DNA of 64,000 bases from the NCBI RefSeq assembly GCF_036971445.1, contig NC_091474.1, forward strand, positions 7,812,001 to 7,876,000. Reading direction: 5' to 3'. The notes under the pieces were generated by a model, which worked only from the letters and a program-made list of their open reading frames with translations, did no database searches and had not been told where the DNA came from. This document shows, in pieces, positions 1-10,181 of this stretch (the stretch's first letter is position 1; each line of letters begins with the position of its first letter). The DNA is from Narcine bancroftii (Eukaryota). A program made the position numbers and the translations under genes.

Positions 1-64
1 CAGTTCAAAAGACTAAAAACACAAAGCTGGAGAAACTCAACAAGTCAAGCAGTGTCCTTTATAT

Positions 65-388
65 TATGGCTTGGATTCGTGGATGAAGATTTAGGAAGGA
101 TCATAGACATGTCCTTCGAGCCTGTGCAATGGATTTGCACAAGTGGAGTGCAGTATGCACAGTACTGGCCCTACCCGTTACACCCAGGGTTGGTTATCTT
201 CCATGGCCTAGCAAGCTGGGACAATGACAGCCAAGTCCTCAAGTCATAAGTGTTTACATCAGTGTCCTTCTCCTAGATGGATGACCTGACAAGGCTAACG
301 AGCCCTTTCTGCCTGGGCTTGAATCAGAGTTTTCCTTCTCTTAGGTTGGCTGCAACCAAGGCTAAACGAGCCCAGCCCACCCTCCCAG
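65..388 (-). mobile_element. Short non-autonomous bipartite RTE-derived element (RTE 5'UTR-like motifs + RTE 3' tail)
   Basis: On - it carries two copies of a GGGCTCG..AGCCTTG....CATCTAGGAGAAGG-like motif typical of RTE/BovB 5' regions. It ends in TAAATCTTCATCCACGAATCCAAGCCA, similar to the 3' tail of local RTE copies (TAAATCTTCGTCCGCGAAGCCAAGCCA). Flanked by TTATAT (59-64) and TTATGT (389-394). Confidence 0.6.
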
Positions 389-479
389 TTATGTAGATGA
401 CAATTTCCAGTTTCTAGATAGGCCACAAAATTAACTAAGAATCAATAAAAAAGTTTTAAACTTTACAAGTTATACCGCC

Positions 480-680
480 AGACACTCAGTCGTACCATGA
501 CGTAGCAAATTCAGTAAAAACAGGGAAACACCTATGAGAAGATGTTGCTATGGATGCAGTAATGCAGGCGCAGCCATTTGTAGTGTCCTCCTGCCTGGCA
601 AGCCAGAAAACAGCAACGTGGCGATCACTACGCCAGAAAGGAGAGGCAATGTATTACGCTTGCATTTTCCCTGGGTGAGT
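480..680. promoter_or_regulatory. Promoter-like motif cluster
   Basis: Locally raised CpG, CRE-like TGACGTAG (~499), RFX X-box-like GTTGCTATGGATGC (~544), YY1-like GCAGCCATTT (~570), and a + strand donor CTGG/GTGAGT (~675). Confidence 0.35.
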
Positions 681-841
681 AGGACAACAGGCCCAGATCT
701 CACCCGGCCATCCTTTATATAGCAATGGTAAAAAATACATAATTGACGATTCAGACCCGAGCACTTCATCGAGGTCTATGAAAATGTCAGCAGGCATCTG
801 ATCAAAAAGAGTGGCGTGGGGGAAGGAAAGGGGTGATCGCA

Positions 842-1185
842 AAGCAGGAGGTGATAGGCGTACAAGGAAGGAGGGGACAGCAGAGATTAAGGAGAGGACG
901 GATGGCTTAGGTGGAGGAAACTAGAATGGGGAAGGAAAGGCAGGAGAGGAGAGCAGGGTAGCAAAAACTAGAAAAGTCAATGTTAATGCCATCTGGCTGG
1001 AGAGTGCCCAGACAGAAAATCATGTGCTGTTTCTCCAATTTGCAAGTGGTCTTGAAGGGACAGTACACAAGGCTATGGAAGACAAGCGAGTGTGGGAGCA
1101 TGACACAGAACTGATATGGTTGCCTACTGGGAGGTCTGTTACTGGTGCAGACAGACTGAAGCGATCTCCTGGTTTGCGCCCAGTT
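842..1185 (-). mobile_element. Penelope-like element fragment (GIY-YIG endonuclease C-terminal region)
   Basis: Minus frames give PVGNHISSVSCSHT and LEKQHMIFCLGTLQPDGINIDFS, the same region seen in the 8600-9600 copy. Confidence 0.65.
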
Positions 1186-1558
1186 TCCACTGGCCACCGT
1201 GACAGAGGTGCACCAAAGAAAAGGTACAAGGACTGCCTAAAGAAATCTCTTGGTGCCTGCCACATTGACCACCGCCAGTGGGCTGATATCGCCTCAAACC
1301 GTGGATCTTGGGCGCCTCACAGTTTGGCGGGCAGCAACCTCCTTTGAAGAAGAGCGCAGAGCCCACCTCACTGACAAAAGGCAAAGGAGGAAAAACCCAA
1401 CACCCAACCCCAACCAACCAATTTTCCCCTGCAGCCCGCTGCAAACCGTGTCTGCCTGTCCCGCATCGGACTTGTCAGCCACAAACGAGCCTGCAGCTGA
1501 CGTGGACTTTTACCCCCTCCATAAATCTTCGTCCGCGAAGCCAAGCCAAAGAAGAAAG
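1186..1558 (+). mobile_element. 5'-truncated RTE LINE (3' end)
   Basis: Encodes STGHRDRGAPKKRYKDCLKKSL...WRAATSFEEERR and ends in the GAAGCCAAGCCAAAGAAGAAAG tail. Near-identical to copies at 26587, 28130, 38959 and 51765. Confidence 0.9.
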
Positions 1559-1599
1559 ATGGTCTTGACAGACAATGTTTCATCAGATTGTCCATGTAC

Positions 1600-1745
1600 A
1601 ATCAGATGATAATAAATTTCAACGAAAACAGGAGTACGAAGAGGGAACCCACACGGTCATGGAGAAAGCATAAAACTCCTTTCTGATACAGGAGATTCTA
1701 AACTGGGTCACTAATACTGTAGAAGCACTACGCTAACTACGCTGC
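1600..1745 (-). mobile_element. Degraded V-SINE/HE1-like SINE
   Basis: GGAACCCACACGGTCATGGAGAAAGCATAAAACTCCT resembles the reverse complement of the V-SINE core seen at 53940. Confidence 0.45.
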
Positions 1746-3164
1746 CTGAAAATGGGGATCATACAGGATTCTGCAGATGGTGCATTCTGGAGCAACAACC
1801 AGAGGAACTCAGAAAGTTGAGCAGCATTAATGGAATTTTTTTTTTTTTTAAATTTGATGTTTCAGGCAGAACCCTTCATCAAAATGAGGATTTTACTTCA
1901 AAACACTCCTCTTAATCACACAAGGTGTCTCCCCCCCACCCACCACCCCACCCCCCCGTAACTCCACGTCTTTATACCATCTTGCAATACCATACTTCAC
2001 TGCCTAATCACTACTATGCCAATTTGATACATTTAGTTAATCAAATCTAACAATAGGTTTGAAATTAACCCATATCAATCAATTTGAAACTCCAGACTGG
2101 ACTTTAAATTCTATCCACATCAAGGGCTGTCTTTTCAAACAGAAACATTACGTTAGACAGAGTCAAATTTCAATCTCCATAAGCTATTAATGTTAATTGA
2201 TTACTTTTATATACCTTCAACTATGCTGCTGTCACAATCACCATCCAACTTTGTCCTCTCCTACCTTTCTAAATTAGTAAATTACCAAAACTCAATTCTT
2301 TTCATTCTAGAATTTGATCCATAATTATAATTTTATTGTCAAAAATGGCATTGAAATGTACAATATACTTAATTATCTTTCACTTGTTTTCCTCTTTTGC
2401 ACACCAACAATTTCCCTTCCCACTCCAAGCTCATAGGGTCTTACTACATTAAAACTCCAAAAAAGTGGTACATGCCACATTTATTTTTGTAAGATTCTCC
2501 ACTGACCATTTGGATTTTTCACATTCTTCACGAATGCTCCTCTGGTTTACTTCTGAAATCGTAATGATACAACGATTGGTAGATTCAATGGCTATTGCAA
2601 GCTACCTCTTCTGTTAGGAATGAACGAGAATAGAGTGAAGTTGATGGCAGAGTAAGAGTGAATACATAAACAATAAAATCTAGGGACTGGGACTAATATG
2701 ATTGCTCTGGTATTGACTCAATCATCCTAAAGACTTTATGTCATGAGAAATTAAATATTAAAAAACAAATCAGAAATTAAAGCTCAAATGCTACCAAGGC
2801 AGCTTTGTCTTTTAAAAAAAGATTAATTAAGGAAGCCCATTAGAGAAGGGTATCCTGCAGCAAAACCTCATTGTCTGGAAGTAACAATTCAGGAACATGA
2901 TTCAATTCTCTCCACCTACCAAGATAAGCATAGCTACCACAACCTTCAAATTCAACACCATCCAGTACAAAGCAGTCCCTCTTGATCAAAACTCTATCAT
3001 TTTTCTTCCAGCAACACTAATCTACTTAGATTTTGTGCTATCTATCAGACACATAGCAATTGCTCACATCCAAGGGAAAAAAAAAGTTTCTCCTGCTCGT
3101 GACCAATCCAATACAATAGTACCTTCACCCACATTTAACACCATACTGAATTGAAATACATTTT

Positions 3165-3800
3165 CAGAATCAGAATTTATTGTCATGAACAAATCATGAA
3201 ATTCAATATTTTGTGGCAGTATCACAATGCAAACATTCATATCATAACCATCTTACAACATTACTAAAAAAAATAGTGCATGAAATGTAAGGCAGTGCCT
3301 TTGATTCATAGATCATTCAGGAATCTGATGACATTGGGGAAGAAGCTGTCTTTGTGCCACTGAGTGCTCATCTTTTAGGTTCCCTTCCCCCCCCCACCAC
3401 CCCCAAAAGGTAGCAGAGTGAATAGGGCATGGCCTGGGTAGTCAGGCTCTTTTAGGATAGAGGCTACTTTTTTTAAAGGACACTGCCTTATGTAGAACTC
3501 TCGATGGAATAAAGTCTGGTGACTGTGATGTAGCAGGTAGACTTAACAACCGTCCTAGAATTCATTCTTACCCTGAGAGTTGGTGCCTCCAAATCAGGAA
3601 GCGATGCCTCCAAATCAGGAAGCGCTGCAACCAACCAGAATGCTTCCCACGGTACACCTGTAGAAGTTTACAAGAGTCCGAGGTGACATAGCAAATCTCC
3701 TCAGACACCTCATCAACATAGAGGCTCTAAGACGGATCCTCAGAGATGTGACACCCAGGAATTTGAAGTTCTTGACCCTTTCCACTAGTAAGTCCTCAAT
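3165..3800 (-). mobile_element. Degraded Rex1/Babar-type LINE, 3' portion
   Basis: CAGAATCAGAATTTATTGTCATG tail plus internal GGGAAGAAGCTGTC and CCCAGGAATTTGAAGTTCTTGACC segments, shared with the Rex-like copy at 55730-56930. Confidence 0.55.
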
Positions 3801-3953
3801 GAGGACATATCCTCATCATACTCCATCAGGATCTTATGTTTCAAAAGATTACCCTTCATTCTTCTGAACACCACAGATCAATTATATTTTGAAAGTTGTT
3901 GGACTCATTTTTGTTTTCTTGTTCTCCTACTGTAGGGATGTCCGGCAATACTC

Positions 3954-5857
3954 ATGGTATTATTTGCCTTTTGACAGACTAAAGTTGGTATAATCCTCTA
4001 TATTACATTTAAAGTATAACTATGTGAGAATAACAGAAATCTTTTGGTATTATTTGCCTTATGGCAGACTAAAGGTGGTATAATCCTCTATATTACGTTT
4101 TAAAGTATTACTATGTGAGAATAACAGAAATCTTTTGGTATTATTTGCCTTATGGCAGACTAAAGTTGGTATAATCCCCCTATATTACGTTTTAAAGTAT
4201 TACTATGTGAGAATAACAGAAATCTTTTGGTATTATTTGCCTTATGGCAGACTAAAGGTGGTATAATCCTCTATATTACGTTTTAAAGTATTACTATGTG
4301 AGAATAACAGAAATCTTTTGGTATTATTTGCCTTATGGCAGACTAAAGGTGGTATAATCCTCTATATTACGTTTTAAAGTATTACTATGTGAGAATAACA
4401 GAAATCTTTTGGTATTATTTGCCTTATGGCAGACTAAAGGTGGTATAATCCTCTATATTACGTTTTAAAGTATTACTATGTGAGAATAACAGAAATCTTT
4501 TGGTATTATTTGCCTTATGGCAGACTAAAGTTGGTATAATCCTCTATATTACGTTTTTAAAGTATTACTATGTGAGAAATAACAGAAATCTTTTGGTATT
4601 ATTTGCCTTATGGCAGACATAAGTTGGTATAATTCCTCTATATTACGTTTTAAAGTATTACTGTGGGAGAATAACAGAAATCTTTTGGTATTATTTGCCT
4701 TATGGCAGACTAAAGTTGGTATAATCCTCTATATTACGTTTTAAAGTATTACTGTGGGAGAATAACAGAAATCTTTTGGTATTATTTGCCTTATGGCAGA
4801 CTAAAGTTGGTAAAATCCTCTATATTACGTTTTAAAGTATTACTGTGTGAGAATAACAGAAATCTTTTGGTATTATTTGCCTTATGGCAGACTAAAGTTG
4901 GTATAATCCTCTATATTACGTTTTAAAGTATTACTATGTGAGAATAACAGAAATCTTTTGGTATTATTTGCCTTATGGCAGACTAAAGGTGGTATAATCC
5001 TCTTTATTACGTTTTAAAGTATTACTATGTGAGAATAACAGAAATCTTTTGGTATTATTTGCCTTATGGCAGACTAAAGTTGGTATAATCCTCTATATTA
5101 CGTTTTAAAGTATTACTGTGTGAGAATAACAGAAATCTTTTGGTATTATTTGCCTTATGGCAGACTAAAGTTGGTATAATCCCCTATATTACGTTTTAAA
5201 GTATTACTATGTGAGAATAACAGAAATCTTTTTGGTATTATTTGCCTTATGGCAGACTAAAGGTGGTATAATCCTCTATATTACGTTTTAAGTATTACTA
5301 TGTGAGAATAACAGAAATCTTTTGGTATTATTTGCCTTATGGCAGACTAAAGGTGGTATAATCCTCTATATTACGTTTAAAGTATTACTATGTGAAGATA
5401 ACAGAAATCTTTTGGTATTATTTGCCTTATGGCAGACTAAAGGTGGTATAATCCTCTATATTACGTTTTAAAGTATTACTATGTGAGAATAACAGAAATC
5501 TTTTGGTATTATTTGCCTTATGGCAGACTAAAGGTGGTATAATCCTCTATATTACGTTTTAAAGTATTACTATGTGAGAATAACAGAAATCTTTTGGTAT
5601 TATTTGCCTTATGGCAGACTAAAGGTGGTATAATCCTCTATATTACGTTTTAAAGTATTACTATGTGAGAATAACAGAAATCTTTTGGTATTATTTGCCT
5701 TATGGCAGACTAAAGGTGGTATAAATCCTCTATATTACGTTTTAAAGTATTACTATGTGAGAATAACAGAAATCTTTTGGTATTATTTGCCTTATGGCAG
5801 ACTAAAGTTGGTATAATCCTCTATATTACGTTTTAAAGTATTACCGTGGGAGAATAA
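3954..5857. repeat. 91-bp AT-rich minisatellite, about 21 copies
   Basis: Unit CTTTTGGTATTATTTGCCTTATGGCAGACTAAAG(G/T)TGGTATAATCCTCTATATTACGTTTTAAAGTATTACTATGTGAGAATAACAGAAAT recurs at 4041, 4132, 4224, 4315 and onward with few variants and no unique spacers. Confidence 0.97.
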
Positions 5858-6169
5858 AAGGAGCCTATGGGGTGGTAATAAGAGCAAGTATTGTCAGAAA
5901 CACTTTCATTATGAAATACAATTGTTAGTCACTTTCCTTGATTTCAAACTCAACGGTAACAGGGATTGACTCGCCCATCGTTTATCTTATAGCAAAGGAT
6001 TCATTCCACGCATTTTTCCAATCATATTCCACGAAGCATAATCGGGTACCTGACAATATCAGCGAGAATGATGGCTACAAGATGCAGTGAGTCTCTCCTC
6101 ATTTTGATGGCCACTTTAAGTCGAAGTATATGAAACTAAAAATTAAGGAATAGACCGAAAGCCACAACA

Positions 6170-6790
6170 GCCATTGACCGGCGCCACCCAAAGGCAGAGG
6201 CTCAGTTCATGCCCGGAACGGGTCACTGCCGGTGACCGGTCGCCACATCCTAACGCGCAGCCGTCACCACGATGGACGGGTGGTATGAGCCCATCACAAG
6301 CGCGGAGGACCCGCCTCCGCCAATCAGCTGTCCGCGAAGGGGCGGGGCTAGGTTGAACTGGGGACGGCCGGCATTTCGGTCAGCTCATCGGAAAATCCGG
6401 CAAACTTACCCCTCAGAGGTCCCTGATGCCCGTAGCACCAGCTCTCGGAGAGACGGCGTCGCTTCTGAAAGAAAAAAAATAAATTACGCCTGGAAGCGGC
6501 AAACTGATCCAAGAGCTCGGACGGAGTCGCCGTCATTTACAGGCCGCCGCCATCTTTGACGACGTTGCACTTCCAGAGGCTTTTCGGGTAAAAAGGGCGT
6601 GGCCAGGATGCTGAGGGGCGGGGCCGTCAGTCGACGAACGTTTCCCTTCACAGCTCCAACCCACCCCCCAGACTCATTCTTACGGCACGCAGTGATTGCT
6701 GGCGGAATTCAGCCGTCTCGCAGCGTCTAGAAACAGACTTCACCGGCGTTTCCGGCTTGAGCTTCCAAGGTAGAAGCAAAATAAAACGGG
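6170..6790. promoter_or_regulatory. CpG-island housekeeping-type promoter
   Basis: High GC and CpG, GC boxes GGGGCGGGGC (~6339, ~6615), CCAAT (~6320), YY1 motif CCGCCATCTT (~6547), ETS-like ACTTCC and GCGGAA. Confidence 0.8.
6409..6560 (-). other. Probable non-coding first exon of an unidentified gene transcribed leftward
   Basis: Minus strand starts AAGATGGCGGCGGCC (TSS/YY1-type, with a short uORF MAAACK*) and ends at a strong donor GAGGG/GTAAGT (~6409). No coding exon could be assigned within the window. Confidence 0.55.
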
Positions 6791-6807
6791 AAGATATCTA
6801 AAAGATC

Positions 6808-7352
6808 GGGGGAGAGGGAGGGGGGGGAGGGGAGGGGGGGGAGGGGGGGGGGGAGGGGGGGGGGAGGGGGAGGGGGGGGAGGGGGAGGGGGGGGAGGGGG
6901 GGGGAGGGGGGGGAGGGGGGAGGGAGGGGAAAGTGAGGTGAGGGAGTGGGGGGAGGGAGAGGGAGGGGAAAAGTGAGGTGAGGGAGGGGGAAGTGGGGGA
7001 GGGAGGGGGGAGTGGGGGAGGGAGAGGGAGGGGAAAGTGAGTGAGGTGAGGGAGGGGAGTGGGGGAGGGAGAGGGAGGGAAAGTGAGGTGAGGGAGGGGG
7101 GGAGTGGGGGAGGAGAGAGGGAGGGGAAGAGGGAAAGTGGAGGTGGGGAGGGAGGGGAGTGGGGGAGGGGGAGGGGAGGGGGAGGGAGGGGGGTGAGGGA
7201 GAGGGAGGGGGTGAGGAAGAGGGAGGGGGGTGAGGGAGAGGGAGGGGAAGAGGGAAGGGGATGTGGGGAGGGGGTGGTGGGGGAGGGGGTGGTGGGGGAG
7301 GTGGGAGAGGGAGGGGGGAGGTAGTGGTTGGGAAGGTGGGGTGGTGAGGGGA
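6808..7352 (+). repeat. Polypurine G-rich low-complexity tract (G-quadruplex/H-DNA prone)
   Basis: Long G runs interrupted by A, with repeated GGGAAAGTGAGGTGAGGGA units. Confidence 0.9.
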
Positions 7353-7970
7353 AGAGGAGTTCAGACCAAAGGGTGTTAATTGGATATGTCAAGAGAGGAG
7401 GTGAGATTTGATGTTGGGTCTGTGAAAGGAGACGGAGAAATTGGAAGAGGAGAGAGAGAGAGATGGACATCTGTATCCAGTCCTCACCAATGTTGAGGAC
7501 CACAATTGCATGGATCTCCAGGTGGCCACCCATTTCAAATGCCTGTCTTATGCACTTTAAGTCTGAGACCACTTGCAAATGGGAGGAACGGCATCTCCTC
7601 TTCCATATGGGCATCCTTCAATCTCCAACCAGTTGGCATTAACATCTACTTCTCTGGGTTTTGGAGGAAGCCTGCAGTGTAAATCGTGCCCAGAAAAATT
7701 CATTGACAATCATCCACTTTACTGCACGTCCAACCACCTGGACTGTGGCACTCCAGTACTTGCGGTCTAAAAAGGCACCCAGTGACAAATTATGTTAATT
7801 TTTTTCTGTGACTTTTCCTGACATTACGGTCTAAAAACCTTAGTCATCCATTATTTCCAAGAACTTGCTGTATTTTCAGATGAAGAGTTCATTAAATGTC
7901 TTTGAATGTAAGAAATGTTAAACAAGACTGAACGACTTTCTTAAAAAAAGATGCTGGATGATGGCTTTTA

Positions 7971-8170
7971 NNNNNNNNNNNNNNNNNNNNNNNNNNNNNN
8001 NNNNNNNNNNNNNNNNNNNNNNNNNNNNNNNNNNNNNNNNNNNNNNNNNNNNNNNNNNNNNNNNNNNNNNNNNNNNNNNNNNNNNNNNNNNNNNNNNNNN
8101 NNNNNNNNNNNNNNNNNNNNNNNNNNNNNNNNNNNNNNNNNNNNNNNNNNNNNNNNNNNNNNNNNNNNNN
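7971..8170. other. Assembly gap (200 N)
   Basis: Run of N. Confidence 1.
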
Positions 8171-8599
8171 TGGGGTGGGTGATTAAAAAGGAAGGGCTTC
8201 AGCATGGAGAAGAGGAATAGATCAAATATTCTGATGATCAAAGAATCACAGAGTAATGAAAAGAATCAAGACTCTGCTACAGGCATGTGGATTTAGTGGT
8301 GTAATGAAATATTCAGAAGATCAATTCACCTGAGAGAAACTCGTTGACTCTTGATAGTCCCGACTCAGGATGTTGACTGATCATTTCTGTCCAAGGACTT
8401 GCTGAGTTTTGTTCAAACAAGTTGAGAGCTCAAGTTGGTTCAATACTATAGCTCTCTTTGAAATTCAAGTTGACTTTGTACTTGCATCTGATCTATCAAC
8501 AATGAATGAAGTGGATTAAACTGCTGGAAAGGCAGGAAATCTTAAGACTTCAGCAACTGTACATAACAGAGCCTAAAGCTGAAAAAAAGAAATGCACTC

Positions 8600-9600
8600 C
8601 AAATGGATGGCTGCTTTGCTTCACATCAGTTGTGGGTGTCCACATCTTCTGAAATGTCTGTCTTCATTCACAAACATGGCTTCCCCTCCACCTCCATCAA
8701 CTCAGCCCTCAACCATATCTCCTCTTTATGTTCATCTGCCCTGGCACCTCTGCTCCCAGATGCAACAAATATAGAATCCTCCAATCCTCCTCATCCTCAC
8801 CTACCAGCCTCTGCATCTGACTCAATTTATCCAATGGAATTTCCAGCACTTACAACAGGATCCCACCACCACATTTTTCCACTCCCTCTGTGATTCCCTT
8901 GGGCACTCATCCCTCCCCACCTACCCCCCCCCCCCCCACCCCTGGCACCTTCCACTGTGTCCAGAGGAGGTGCAACACTTGCACCAACACATTCTCCCTC
9001 ATCATGGTCTGGGGCCCCAAACAGGCCTTCAAAATAAAGCATCACTTGTACATCCACAGGACTGATTTTCTGCATCTGATGCTCCCTTTGTGGCCTTCTA
9101 TACATCAGAGAAACCGGTGGCAGTTTTGGAACTCGCTTTGCTCAGCTCCTCTACTCCGACTGCAACAACAGCAACCTCCCTGTACCCAACCATTTCAATT
9201 CTGAGTCACACTCCCATACTCACATGTCTGTCCATGGCCTTATGTGTTATCCCACCCTGACCACCAGCAGATTAGAGGAACAACATCTCTTTACCGTTTG
9301 GGCACTCTGCAGCCAGATGGCCTTAAGGTAAACTTGCTCAACCTTCTTTCTCCTCCCCCTTTCCCCTTATCCGCCCAGCAATCCTTCCTCCCCAGATCGC
9401 TTCAGTACCCTCCCTCCCTTCTCCACCTGTCATTTACCATCACCCACCCCCCCCCCCCCCCCCCACAGCCTGCCAGCATTCTCTCATGACCTTGATGAAG
9501 GGTTCAAGCCCGAAACGTTGGTTATGTATTTTTTTACCTTTGGTACACAAAAGGACACTGTTTGACCTGTTGAGTTTCTCCAGCATTTTGTGTTTTACTG
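8600..9600 (+). mobile_element. Penelope-like element remnant (RT C-term, GIY-YIG, terminal pseudo-LTR module)
   Basis: Broken frames give HGFPSTSINSALNHIS, PGTFHCVQRRCNTC and YRLGTLQPDGL. The terminal module is TTGATGAAGGGTTCAAGCCCGAAACGTTGG...TGAGTTTCTCCAGCATTTTGTGTTTT. Confidence 0.75.
9485..9526 (+). ncRNA. Minimal type I hammerhead ribozyme motif (Penelope-associated)
   Basis: Stem I CATGACC/GGTTATG (7 bp with one G-U), core TTGATGA, stem II GGGT-TCAA-GCCC, then GAAA and palindromic AACGTT as the minimal stem III. The core has U at position 3 rather than C. Confidence 0.55.
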
Positions 9601-10017
9601 AGTAATGAAATTGTTTTCATTACTCTGCGAGTCTTTGAAAATGAGTATATTAGATCAGATCATCTCCATTCAGAAGAAGCACTTTCTCTGCACCTACTCA
9701 CCTCACTTTAAATTAATCCCTCCTTCCAACGCATGTGATGTTAACAGCGTCACACCCATCAGAATCTGTTCTTAAAACAAAGTTCTAAGGTGGTGCCAGA
9801 CCTAAGCACCACCTTCAGAGATCTTCCCCGTTCCCTTTAACTTGCAGATAGATTGCATCGATAAAGAGAACGGAGAAGATGTCTGGCTCAAGTACACATA
9901 CTTCAGACTATATCTCCAGCTCGGAAAAGTACTTGGTCGATTGGGATTCGGAAGGATCCCACAATAAAGTCTTTTGTGTGGTCTGCGACTCCTCTCGGGA
10001 GATGTGGGAGCGGTGAA

Positions 10018-10058
10018 TGAGCAAAGTTCAAGTCACATGCTCCTGTCAGGGTATAAAA
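10018..10058 (+). promoter_or_regulatory. Rh gene core promoter: HNF4-like DR1 element and TATA box
   Basis: TGAGCAAAGTTCA at 10018-10030 and TATAAAA at 10052-10058, about 125 nt upstream of the ATG at 10182. Confidence 0.55.
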
Positions 10059-10181
10059 GTGCAGGTTCAGGGGCTCCCATCAGCCAGTCAGCGCCAAGGA
10101 CGGGGAAACTGGTGCAAAGAGACCCTTGGCCAAGTATCTGCACAGTCGGTGGAGCGTTTGCAGTCCAACCTCAGGGGGGAG

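Noticed and set aside
3954-5857. CRISPR-like array
   Set aside because: Units repeat end to end with no unique spacers, the context is eukaryotic, and there are no cas genes.
6727-7614. 295-aa proline-rich ORF and the opposite Gly/Glu-rich ORF
   Set aside because: By-products of the G-rich low-complexity tract.
7918-8241. ORFs spanning X runs
   Set aside because: They read through the N gap.
10017-10181. 55-aa N-terminal extension of the Rh protein
   Set aside because: It overlaps the TATA box and DR1 element and has no Rh-like sequence; the ATG at 10182 gives a normal Rh length.
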